64,000 nt of DNA, taken from the NCBI GenBank assembly GCA_002104905.1, contig MCFE01000489.1, positions 1 through 64,000 of the forward strand, in the 5' to 3' direction. Below, piece by piece: positions 11,604 to 23,389 of this stretch. The notes below the pieces were generated by a model. The model searched no databases. It was not told the DNA's origin and was given only the letters and a program-made list of their open reading frames with translations. Made by a program: the position numbers and the translations under genes. Position 1 is the first letter of the stretch; each line of letters starts with the position of its first letter. Source of the stretch: Basidiobolus meristosporus CBS 931.73 (Eukaryota; Fungi; Basidiobolomycota).

Positions 11604-12398
11604 ATGCCCTTAATTCCCACACCTGACTTATTTATCCAGCTTGCTTGGCCTTTGCTTTCTTCTACAACCGAAGGCCAAGGGGGGCCACTTAAAATAGTGG
11701 AACTCCCCGATGAAGTCCCTACCCTGATTTCCCCCAGAGACGTTGATCAAGCAATCATTCTTTCTGCACATGCGGTAGAGCGAGAGCAACTAGGCGATCG
11801 GAAAGAGGCACTAGGCTATTACCTTGGCGCTTTGGAAAACCTCTTACATGCTATGCCAGGTAAGGTTAATTTGCTTACTTCATCTAGCTTCGTCGTTAAC
11901 TCTTGTAAAGTCGAGGGCGATGCTGAGCGTAAGAAAGCTGTTGCTCAAGTCATAAAGCAGTACCTGGCCGAAAATGAGATAGACCTTGAGGCCACACCTG
12001 AGCCTGAGAATGGAACCATATCGGACACCATCATCAACACTGCGATAAGCACAGCCGTTGCTATCAAGCAATCCCCTATACCAGATGCCATCAAATCTAC
12101 CGTGAACTTCACGCTGAGCAAAATGAAGAAGTTGGACCAAGCATACGGAGTCCGTGAAAAAGCATGGAAGCTTGGTAAAATCGGAGTCAACAAAACGCTC
12201 GAGATTGACCAGCAGTACAGACTTCACCAAAAAATCAGCCATGCGGTTCTGACCGGAGCAACGGCGGTGATGAAAGCTGGCATCGCTTACCAAGTTGCCA
12301 CGCCCTATCATGAACTGAAATCAGAGGTGCAAAGCCAACTGGAGCCTAGTAAATCAGAGGTACAAAGCCGACTGGAGCCTAGCAAATGCTCCAGCTAG
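11604..12398 (+). CDS. MIT-domain-containing protein (one 51-nt intron, 11860-11910)
   Basis: AVEREQLGDRKEALGYYLGALENLL...EGDAERKKAVAQVIKQYL resembles the MIT three-helix pattern. Intron gtaagg...taaag. The C-terminus has a 33-bp duplication (12318-12383). Confidence 0.75.
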   Translation: MPLIPTPDLFIQLAWPLLSSTTEGQGGPLKIVELPDEVPTLISPRDVDQAIILSAHAVEREQLGDRKEALGYYLGALENLLHAMPGKVNLLTSSSFVVNSCKVEGDAERKKAVAQVIKQYLAENEIDLEATPEPENGTISDTIINTAISTAVAIKQSPIPDAIKSTVNFTLSKMKKLDQAYGVREKAWKLGKIGVNKTLEIDQQYRLHQKISHAVLTGATAVMKAGIAYQVATPYHELKSEVQSQLEPSKSEVQSRLEPSKCSS

Positions 12399-12594
12399 AA
12401 GGAACACAGTGCTGATACATTGTAGAAATCGCCTATAATATTGGCTGGCTGACTAGATAGCGTGTACATTTAATCTCATCTCAACAAAGCCCCATCCTAT
12501 GTAATTAATGTAATCGATCCTGAGTCTGATCATGCATGATCTAGTAAAATAAATTGGTCTTTGATCACGGCGCCCATTTCCCTGCACATTGGCC

Positions 12595-13497
12595 ATGGTA
12601 ATATCTGCAGAGTACTGAGCCGCAACGAACTACTAACCAACTCTCCGCTATAGTCTCGACCCAATTACTTTCTTTCTCTAAGATTGAACTCCTCACAAAG
12701 TCTTTTGGAGTTTTCCAGATTCCACCAGCATGTTACCAGCCTCCATCCCCGACAGGCGAGATATCTGATTCCACCCTCGCAGGTAATATTCTTGAGGCCT
12801 TTCCAATTTTCCGACTGCCTTGTCAACCAGAGACCCAATTAGATCCACCTCACACTGTTTACCTTGCATTTGAGCGAGGACAGAGACGTGAGTGCTGCGA
12901 GTATATGTCTGCAAAATAGTCGAGATGTAAGTGCACCCCCTGGTTAGTAGAGACTGGTACCTAAACAGCTTCAAAGATACTCCAGGAGCATTTTCTTCGA
13001 AGCCCGCCAGATATCCAGCTCCGAGGAATAGGTCAGCACCCGATTGGTTTTCAACCAGTATGTCTCTCCGACTAAACATGTCTGAAGGCATTTTTGGCTT
13101 TGGCCGAGTGGTCTATGCCCGAATGGAGGAGTCTCACGTGAAGGAGAGGTTATCGCTCATGGTTAAACAACTAAGGGCTCGCTTTGTAGAGTACGGTTTG
13201 GCAGCTCGGCAAGATGGATTCGAATTCCAGCCACACGCAACCTTGATGAAAGTCCGTTTCGAGAGAGCACGCCATCAGTCGGCAAATCACAGCACACACA
13301 TCCCCCAAGACGTCTACGAACCTTTCTTAGGTAAGCCTTTGCTGTGCACTTGGCCTCGCGCTCCCGAGAATTCACCAAATCTACGCTATCCAGAAAATGA
13401 CTTTGGGTCGTGCAGGCCGGACGCGATCGAGCTTTCCTCCATGTTGAGGCCCAAGGTTCAGGGATACTATCAGGCCATAGGCAGAGTGGTTTTCTAA
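12595..13497 (+). CDS. AKAP7/ASCC1-like 2H phosphoesterase (2',5' RNA ligase-like fold), 5 introns
   Basis: Spliced model M|SRPNYFLSLRL...IHLTLFTLHL...LRGIG|IFGFGRVVYA...FQPHATLMK with both HxT motifs. Exon 1 is ATG only; intron 12598-12653 carries a TACTAAC branch point. Confidence 0.85.
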
Positions 13498-13667
13498 GTT
13501 GTAACCAATAAAAAGGGGACGTTCGTGCAAATAATAGACATCACCCATCACCATCACCATCACCGATAGATGATATCATTGGAAGTCACCAAACCCGTTC
13601 TCTATTTAATATCAAGAGCGCCGCCTCTCACATCTATCACCTCTTCTCATCACTGTTAACAAGCACA

Positions 13668-16600
13668 ATGACAAACGGCAGCCAAGTGGTCTCTCTGTTT
13701 GAATCCCTCATGGTAAATAAAGCCTAGCACCTCTGTATAGAAATGGTATTAATCCGAGTCAAGGATGGTATGGACATCGAGGAGAGCAAACGGGATGCGC
13801 TACGCGCGCTGCCTGACGAACAGAAACGGGTCATGATTATGAATCAGACCAAGCGTGAGGTCAAAAGAAGCACCACCGTAAGTGTTAAAGATAAACCACC
13901 GCGACGTGCACCCAGGCTAATAGTCGGAGCAGTTCCTGGCGAAAAGATACCACACGTTCAGTAAGAAATTTCCCGAATACTACGTTCGCAAGCTGTCGGA
14001 GGCCAAGGGCAGAGTGCTGCCCATCGAGGAGTACAAATCATTGCACGTTTCCCTGTCTACACAGGCAATCAGGTTGGTGTATCTTCACAGGCTTGATTGG
14101 GCCAATACCTAATGGATTTCCAAACCAGCTGGGTGCGCCAGTTTGTGGAACTCGGGGGATTGCTGTACCTAACCGAAGCCATTCACCACTCTTGCAACAA
14201 ACTCAACAGGTAACCTATCCCTAAGCCAAGTTTCGATGGGGATGTATATATGTGCATGTCTATATAATAGGAATCTGAGCGACGTATATATACATCTCTG
14301 TATAACAGGAATCTGAGCGACCTATCATTGGAGTATGAAGTCATGAAGTGTATTAAATCCGTGATGAACACCAAGGTTGGTGTTTATTTTTGGGCATTGC
14401 TGGCGCTCTTGCAGTTAAAATAGCCTCGGATAAAGTTTGGCGCAAAATTCGGTCTATCGCATCCCCGGAGTATCACCGAGATCGCATTCGCACTTGAATC
14501 CCCCTCCTTGGGGGTCCGCAAATTGGCGACGGATATACTGGCGTTCGTCTGCCATCTAAACATGCCCGCAGGAAGGCGGCTTGTGATGAATGCCTTGAAC
14601 CACATCCAACATATCCGGCAGTACGATTACACGTACGAGGTGTGGCTGCGCCACTTCACCCTGGACATCTGGAGGGGCGGAAACGCATCCGAGGCCAACT
14701 GCAACAAGTACGACAAGGGTTCCTCTCTGCTCTTCCACGAATATCTAGTAAGTACTGACCGCTAGCTTTCTTGCCCCCGTCGAAAGTTACCAACGACGCA
14801 TTTTCAGGAATCCAACTTCATCTTCATGAACAGCCTGATTGACACGTGCGTGCATGACAGCCAGAGAATCACCACGCGTCTCCGTATGATCGCGGCTGGA
14901 GTCCGCTCGGTGATCCTTAAGGCCAAGCGATTCGCCAGCGCCATCATCGCTTATCAGCTGGCACGATTCGAGTCGGGTGAGGAGACGGATCATTTGAAGA
15001 TGTGCTCGGCTGAATTCGATTGGCGTAGTGTCAAGCCTTATGATATGTTCATGGCGACCATCCAACCAATTACCAGGACAAAGAGCCACAGACCGTTTGT
15101 TGCTATTTTAAACCACCTACTCTATGCTCAGCGGGACAGGAAGTTAAGGTAACAAATGGTTCCATATATTGGGAGCGCTCGCTAATGAGACCACTAGGGA
15201 CAATTACTACCGCCTATTGGAGTCGGTTGTTGAACAGATGCTTGGTGAGGATCTCTACGAGGTACACGCCAAACTTGCGAAAGTCTTCGACGTTCCCGAT
15301 CTCGCCCCGGAGTCCGACGACGAAAGTCTGTACAGTCTGCACATTTCCAAACAGCATGCTCGGTCCAGCTCTTCGGTTTTATCCGATTCATGCCCGCGAA
15401 CTCCTACAAGCGAAGTGTTCGTCGAGAAGCCACTGCCTCCTCCCCCGCCCACGCCATTAGGTAGATGTTCACGATAGTGGGAAGTGGCGATGCGGTACTG
15501 ACTGTTGAATAGAGTTCACGATGTTTTCGAAGCGTACGCCGCAGAAGACCGTCAAGAAGCTGAATTGGGAGAAGTTACCCGAATACGCAGTAGAGGCGAC
15601 CATCTGGAATGGAGAGGTGATTATGCCGAACATCGAGAGGTTGAGTGAAGCGCTAGAGGAGGATGGTGTTTTTGAAGAGATCGAGGCAAGATTTGCCATC
15701 AGAAATATGTCTGCTTCGCCTGTGTTCAATCCAAAGAGACAGGCGGCAAAGCAGGTCTATCTACTTGACCGGAAGCGGTCACATCAAATCGGTGAGCAAC
15801 ACGGTTATTATCTGCACCCGAGAGAATACTAACCGGGTGGGTCCAAGACATCATGCTGAGCAGCATGAAGCACGTAGCTCCCAAAGAGATATGCCACAGG
15901 TTTCTGGATAGCGAATCCTGCATTTCTGAAGACACCCTGGAGAACTTTGCGAAATGCCTTCCTACCGAGCATGAGGTAGGTCTCGTCAAAGACTTGACTG
16001 GTTCAGCTATTTAAGACCCAACCGATTCTAGATCAAGCTGCTCGAGCCTTACCTGAACACCGACGACAACGAGCTAGGAAGGGCTGAAGCAATCTTGTTA
16101 GAGGTAGGCCCGATGGGAATTGTCCGATCATTCTGGACAGAGGTAATTGATAATCTGCAGTCGCTGAGGATTCCCCAGTTCGAGGAGAAGTTGAAGGCTG
16201 TCTATATGAAGACGACTTTTCATGAAAAAGCCGCGGGTATGGAGAAGGTAAAGCGATCCTGAGAATCCTCTGGAGATATCGTTGCTAAAGGCTCCCTGTA
16301 GAGCCTGGAGAGTATCACCCAAGCTTGCACCACTCTAAGATCTAGCAAACATCTGGCGAAATTGTTCCAGGTAAGTTCCCCTAACCCTCGCCTCTACCAG
16401 TGGCCTAACCAATGCCCTCAAGTTGATCTTGGTGGTTGGAAATTTCATGAATGGCAAAGATTTCCGAGGGAACGCCCGAGGGTTCAAGATCCAAAGTCTC
16501 AATAGGGTATGGCTGGATTCCCAGTAGGCTATATCGCCCACGTGTTGCTAAATTCTCTTTAGCTGAGTGACATTCGTGCCAATCATGACTCCACTACTTT

Positions 16601-17425
16601 ACTACACTTCCTACTGAATGTCATCGAAAACAAGTTTCCGGAACTTCTGCAGGTTAGAGAGGAGCTTAGAAGCACAGAGCGTGCTAGCAAAGGTGCGTGG
16701 TTCAATTTTTCCCGCCAAATCAGTCCCAGACCTCTCAACTTTCCGCAACCCAAGAGTCCTTCAACGAAATCAGCACCATGCTATGTTCCCTGCGTCGGGA
16801 ACTCAACGAGCTGAGCCAAAGCCTCGGTTTGGACCACTTGGGCGAGGTGAAGAGTAGCGAAGACGCACCGTTCCTACTCGAGATGGAGCGTTTCTTCGCC
16901 AAGGCCAAGGCAAGACTGAGCGAGCTCCAAGAAAATCTGGACAAAACCAGGTCAACGTTTCGGGAGACCGCGCAATTCTACGGCGAGAATGCGGACACGA
17001 TGCCATCGGAGAACTTCTTCAAGATATTCAGCAGCTTCCTCGTTTCGTTCGATCGTACCATCAAGGACAACCGGGCGGAGAAGAAGAGAAGGGAGGAGCT
17101 GGAGAAGCGGCGTAGAAAGCAGCAGGAGATCGAGCGCCGGAGAGAACAGCAAAAAAGCCTGGACCACGTGTGGAATGTGGAGGTGGCCTCGATCGCCGAC
17201 GATGAGGGGGGTCACAAGGGCGTCATGGATAACCTACTGGAAGCCCTTCGGGACCAAGGTAGCCTAAGTGAACGCCGAGAGAAGAAGGCCTCGAAGCTGT
17301 TTACCGCACAGCGTGGAAGTAAATACGGCTTGATCTCCGCAGCCCACTCGTCTGTAGATTATGATCCGCTTTCAGCAAAAGCCACCGAAATCCTAAATCA
17401 AATACTAAGCAAGGGCGAGTCCTAG
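13668..17425 (+). CDS. Diaphanous-related formin (GBD/FH3, short FH1, FH2, DAD), multi-exon
   Basis: GBD 'DALRALPDEQKRVMI'; FH3 'FMNSLID'; FH1 PLPPPPPTP; FH2 'KKLNWEKLP', 'QIDIMLSSMK', 'GNFMNG...GFKIQSL', 'FYGE...FFKIFSSF'; DAD 'GVMDNLLEALR'. The start codon is tentative. Confidence 0.93.
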
Positions 17426-17471
17426 CCGAGTTAGTTTGACCAGTGCCAGAGACGGCGGAGTAGCGAGATTA

Positions 17472-17694
17472 CATCTGTACATAGAGAGGAAATGACAATA
17501 ATAGTATATTTTAAGAAACTGCTTTAATTGATTTGGTTGTTAATCTGTGGTGGGGAATGCGATCATTTCCATTTGCTTCCTGGCATCTGTACATAGAGAG
17601 GAAATGACAATAATAGTATATTTTAAGAAACTGCTTTAATTGATTTGGTTGTTAATCTGTGGTGGGGAATGCGATCATTTCCATTTGCTTCCTG
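17472..17694. repeat. Exact 111-bp tandem duplication (period 112)
   Basis: catctgtacatagagagg...tttgcttcctg occurs at 17472 and 17584. Confidence 0.95.
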
Positions 17695-20600
17695 ACGAAT
17701 CTCTCGTTGAATGCCTTGTGCACCATCTGTAGCACTCGTAGGATGTAGTAAATGGTCATGAGGATAGACTGCTCCGGGCCGTCGTGGTCTTCGGTGTGGA
17801 CTTGATTTACATGAGCACGAAAGCTATCGATCAACTCCTCGGTGGACATGAGAAACAGCCTTTGCGTCAACATCAGTTGTTGGTAACGTTGGTTTTCCAG
17901 CTCTTGAATATGCACGCCGCTCTCTGTGCTACCCCCGTTGAAGAACACCTTGGTAAGCTGGTGCGCGGTTTAGAGATGGGCATCGGATGACGGGAGTAGG
18001 GCGTGCACTTACCTCCAAACATTTGTAGGTCACCTGTAGCTCGGTCTCGCTCAGGGGGCTCCGGCTCGTGCCCAACGGAGGGAATAGTATGCTTTCGTAG
18101 ATATCAATGATGCTGGACCAGATCTCACCGACAACCGCCTTCCAGCTTTTGTCGTACAAGTTTTCGTAGAGAGTCCCGAGGCTCCGATCCAGGTAATTGA
18201 GCAGCCGGTGCAGCGCCTTGTCACACAACTCGGTGGTGATGGCCGTGGTGGATTTCCCCCGGATGGAATGGAACATCCCGTGGATATGAGTGCTGAGGTC
18301 TTGTTGCATCTAACAATTGGAAGCTGGTTAGTCCACCGGAACTAGGCTGTCTCGTCGAACCCATTCACCTGATATACAAGCAACCGAGCCATATCATTGA
18401 GGGTGACCGTCACGATGTTCAAACTTTTCCCAAAGTAGTACTCCACGTGCTCTGTCTCGCCAAGCGCCACGCTTCGGATCAGCGCTCTTCCGTGGGGAAC
18501 CAGAGGGATCCAGTCCTCTTGGATGGTATATTGCGCGTAAGTCTGCGCTTCCAACACCAGTGGCAATCCTAGGCCGCAGATCTCGTCGTCCTGCATGTAG
18601 TTCTTGGCGTAGACTGCGACGTGGAGCTTCTGTGATCCATGCGCCTCAAACTGGAAGGACTCCTCCCACCATGGATGAAGGGATTCTTCGATCACCGTGG
18701 TTTGGCCAACCCCCCGACTACCCACATTCAGCTCGACAAATGAATCGCTCGACCCGTTGAAATTGCACGCCGGAAGGTTCTGCGCTTGAACCACCGTCAC
18801 CAAATAGGTGAGGGTGGTCTGCGTATCGAGTGTGTTCTCACTTCCCGAATCTTCGGGCTCAGGCTCATATTCCAGCGCGGTCCAGAGCTTAAACAGGCTA
18901 CTCTCCGCCTGCGCCAGATTGTTGAGCATGACACAGTACTAAGCACAGGGGATGGTTGTGAGTGATGGCCGGGCTAGCAGGAGGGAGGAACAAACAACGC
19001 ACCTCGTTCGGAATCTCGAATTCATTTTCGTCCGGCGGATTGGCCTTCTCTTTCCTCAAAAGACTGGTCCAACCATACTTGCTTGCGCTTTCGGCCTTCT
19101 GGGCGATTTCGTCCCGTTGGCGCTCCATCTGCTCGTGGAATTTCTCCCGAATGATTTGGCAGTAGAGTTGGAGCCGTTTCATCACGATCTTGGCGAAGCG
19201 GTTAGGGAGGGCGTGGCCCGGGAGGTAGCGTTGCGTCTACTTACCTTGGAGAGGTCGCGGACGAAGCTGGCTTTCATCTGTGAGGAGGGCCAGTGTAGCT
19301 CGAACCCTGGGTTGACTTGCTGCTGGAAGAAAGAGAATAGATCTACGATGGAGGAGGAGTGCCGCAGTTTATCCGACACGAACCCGAACTACATGAGGGT
19401 TGAGTGGTCTGGTCGAGTCAAGCTGGAGGAGTAGGACCACGTTACCTGGTCTTTGTCAATGGCACGTTTGACCCAGTCGAGTGCCTTGGCATCCAGGTCG
19501 GCCAGCCATCGGTTGATCTGCGATTGGAACCACTTCGTCAGGTCGAACTGAAAATGCGAACTGTGGGGGGGGGGGCGAAGGTTGGTTACGACATGACGCG
19601 CACAACAGAAATTGCCCTGATCATTACCCGTGCAGCTTGGCAATATCCGATAGTCTCGAGACATTGGAGTACAGCTCGAAGGTATCCCGAAGGGCGATGT
19701 GCTTGCTGTTCGGATCGTCGATCATGTTCTGAATGTCCAAGGTGAAGTATCCTAGCTGAGGCTTGATCAACGTGGCGATAACGTTGATCCCGGGTGAGCT
19801 GGGGGTTCTACAAAAAAGCGGGTCAGAAGATCTTCTACACAACCACACGAGCCCTACCCACTTGAACTCGTCGAATGGAAACATCGTGCGGCATTTGGCG
19901 ATGTCGTCCAGCATGATCCGGGTGATCTCCAATAGATTCTGGGCTTCGTTGAACTCTTGGTCATCGCTGAACACCCGTGCCTGGAGTTCTTTGTATCGCT
20001 CCAGTGCCGAGTACTAAGGGTAGCGAAGTGGGTTAATGCCATGGTGGTTGGCGATGTGTGTGCGGCTAGTTACCTGGATGCACTCTTCTATCTGCTGGAC
20101 AAATGGTCCGTTGCCCTCCCGATGGCTCAAGAGGATCGGGTTATCTTTGATATTGTTCACGATGACCTTGATCCAGCCAAACTCCTCCTGAGGGTTCCTG
20201 TCCAACAATCGAAGTGCTTCCCCGAAACGCTTGATCAACAGTACCTCCAAGGACTCGCAGACCGAAAGCAGCGCACGAATCTAAGGGGGATTAATGATGG
20301 CGCTTGTCCAGGACCGAAGTGAACCGAACTTACATCTGGGAGAATGGCGTCCTCCGAAAGCGAATCCACCTCTGCTATGGCTTCCCCAAGATACTCGTAG
20401 GGCAACTCGTCCATATCCCACTTGATGGTGGCCGCCTCCAGGTGGGCAGCCTTTCTGTAAAACGCCGGAACCCTCCAATGATGGGTGCAGAGATTCAAAA
20501 AGATGGAACCGATCTCACTGGTGCTCTTACTGTATTGCTCCTCCGGAGGCATCAGTAGCAGTAGGTTCTTTAGATGCTTCTTGGCGTCCTTCGGTATGAG

Positions 20601-21527
20601 CGAGACCTTCTCTTCCTGGGGGGGGAGGTAACAAATTCCACGTCAATCACAGGATGTGACCCAATCAATAGCGTAACTACCTGCTCGCTCATCACACATG
20701 GGATCGACTGAAGCCCGTTCAGAAGCTGCTTGATTTTCTCCTTCTCGGATGACATCCACTTCTGGAACTCGGTGGGGGATTGGAAGTCCTCCTCCTTGTA
20801 CAGTGTGTCCCCCTCCTCCAACTTGGCTTGGTGGGACTGCAGCTCGAGGATCGCCGCCTAGAAGTGGCCCGATGGGAGTCAGCGGGTTCCAAACCTCCTG
20901 GGAAACATGTTGGCCTACCTGTCGGGTGCAGTATGGTCGTAGAAGTCGGATGTTCTCCTGGTGCGCGGTCGAATCCTGATTGAACAACTCCCCAACGAAC
21001 TCCACGTACTGGTCCTGTTCCAGGTGCAGCAGGACGAGTTTGTAACTGCCGAGCCTGTTCATCAAGTCGGTGTTTCCCTTCGCCAAGGGGAGCGTGACCA
21101 GTAAAAATTCGTCGAGACATTTGACCAATCTGGTCTTGACTTGTAGCGACGGGCTCAAGCCGTTGTTTCGAAAATCGAACAGAACGTGGTCCACATAAAG
21201 CTGTAGGAGTTCCTCCAGAGTGATATTCTCGGCGGAACCCTGGTTACGAAGGGTGGTGGCAAGGGTGGCGCAACAACGGGTGGCTACCTGGCTAGGCTCC
21301 AAGGGATGAGTGGTCGGGGTGGTGGGTATATTGATCCCCTTCTCCAGCGCTTCGCAAAGGGACTCGCGGAAGGGTGCGGGAAGTGGGGTCTCTGTTGTGA
21401 CGAACTTCTCCTTGTACGTCTCCTGTCCAGCCTTGTAGACCTCCCTCGCGATGTTCTGCTGGAGTAGGGCGATTCTCAAAGCATGTTCGTAGGTTTCGTA
21501 AAAACCGGACTCGTCATCTGAAAGCAT
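17652..21527 (-). CDS. Munc13-homology (MUN/MHD1-C2-MHD2) protein of the fungal YOR296W/Git1-like type, multi-exon
   Basis: Exon ORFs include 'LDWVKRAIDKD' (MHD1), C2 'VVQAQNLPACNFNGSSDSFVEL...LHPWWEESFQF', MHD2 'LLNYLDRSLGTLYENL' and 'FFNGG'. Introns are GT-AG. The start is uncertain. Confidence 0.82.
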
Positions 21528-21990
21528 TTCTTCTCTTCGGAAAACGGCAACTGAACGCTCACTTTTCTTGGGCACAGGCAACAGCTCCAAGATGCATATA
21601 ATGCCAGGGTGATTGTACCAAGATAGGCTTGGTGCACTCAACACTAGGGAACTGGATTACCAATGGCCGGACTGTGTACACAATTTGAATTATTACCCAA
21701 ATTCCAAATATGGCCTTTCCCGTGATTTGGGTTAGGGTTGCCCAAAGGGAAGGTGATTTGTCCAGGAGGATGATTGATCCATTCACGTGCAACCTTCAGG
21801 CGGTCAATAGATTGGTGGCAAATTTACTGATCTTGTTTGTCGATTGCATGCGCCTACATTCCAGAAACACTCGACGATGGTATTAAAAGTGTGGTGATTC
21901 CTCACGAGCCGACCGGGGGACATTGACTGGTTGATTATCTGTCAGACCCAAGGCTAGCCTCTTTGCAAAATTCACCGGCCTATTACCGAG

Positions 21991-23186
21991 ATGAATCTCT
22001 ACCCGCCAGTCACCAAGATAAACACCCAGCCATCCAAGGGTGCCTCCACAACCAATCGCCTCCTTTCCCACTCTCCCTCGTCATATTCTGCTGTTTCTGC
22101 CTCCCATTCAGCTGTCACTTCCTCTTCTTCCTCCTCCTCCTCCTCCTCCTCCGCCTCCTCCCTCGATACCCCACAGCACCAAAGCGCCCCCTCTGCTCTG
22201 ATGCAGTCTGCCTCCCAACCAATCCCTAGCATCTCTTCCCAACTTGAACGTACCAATCTCGACGCTGCCGAGAGAAGCGCAACCGCGCCTCCATCTTTCC
22301 CTACGTTGGACCCCAGCTTCCTACAATTCCTAGACAATGGGCCGCCCGAGGTCACCGAGCGGCCACTCGGCCCGAACGACGCGAAAGAGAACTCCCCACC
22401 CAGGTTAAGCCTGAAACACATGACCCCCGACTTCTCCGCCTCGGTCTTTTCCCGGTTGAGCTACGTGCTAGGAGAGAACGCGGAGTTCCTGTCGGAGGAG
22501 CACTCGGTTGCCTCCCACTCGAAAGGTTACGAGGAGAGCGCACTCTTCCCGTGCTCCTCCTTCCGGGTCGAGAGGGATTATTCGCTGGGAGAACACTGTC
22601 GCTTCTCCCTTGTGTTTCCCCCCGAGCTGAGCGACAAGGTCGGATACTTTCCATTCCCCCCCCCTCCCCGAACATGTTCGATGCCTGCTGTTTGTCCACC
22701 CAATTAACTTCTCCACCCAGATCTCCCCGGAGTCCTTCCGGAGATCCATCTCCCGATTGAACGATATCCTACACAAGGCCGAGAGCTCCTGGCTTCGAAA
22801 CTCACTCGACAACTTCCTCTCGTGTCTAACCTTGTACACCTCACCTCTCTGCTTCGGCACGTTTTACCAAAAGGTAACGGGACGGGGGAACATGAATGTG
22901 GTGCGGGGACCGACTGAGGATTTAAACGACCTTTGTTTATTTAGTGTATGAAAGAGCTCGACCATGCTATAGCCGAGGAAAACAGGGATCTCTATCTACC
23001 GATGGGGCTTCGAATGGCCGATCCCCGGAGAACCGGCTTCCTATTCGTATCCTTTTCACCCACAAGTGTTTACCTACCAATACCAATACCCTTACCCTTA
23101 CCCTTGCCCCAGCCTAGCCACCATTATCCCTAACCATGCAACCTCTTTTCGCCTTCTAGTTGGAGATCGAGATGTTGGAGCCGTAG
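21991..23186 (+). CDS. ERF4: ERF4/GOLGA7 (Ras palmitoyltransferase accessory subunit) family protein with Ser-rich N-terminus, 3 introns
   Basis: 'FRVERDYSLGEHCRFSLVFPPEL..KISPESFRRSISRLNDIL...LDNFLSCLTLY...ENRDLYLPMGLRMADPRRTGFLF|LEIE' fits the ERF4 domain pattern. Confidence 0.85.
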
Positions 23187-23389
23187 CGTGGGGATGGGAA
23201 GGGGTGTATCGCACCATACCATATCTCACCCCACACCCTCAAGAGCCCTAGTCGTCACCAGTTTTGTCAACGGATCGTTTCGTGTTTCCTCAATTTGCTT
23301 TGCTTTGCTTTGTACATTACATTCGAAATAAACTCTCCCCACCATCCTCTCCTCCACGCCACCATGCTTGGACCATCACTCCCTGGATC

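Noticed and set aside
13539-13564. (CATCAC)n microsatellite, and the TCC run at ~22118-22160
   Set aside because: Ordinary simple repeats; the second encodes ERF4 poly-Ser.
18952-20983. Many plus-strand ORFs over the MUN/C2 gene, and minus-strand ORFs over formin, MIT and ERF4
   Set aside because: Antisense or alternate-frame by-products of GC-rich codon usage.
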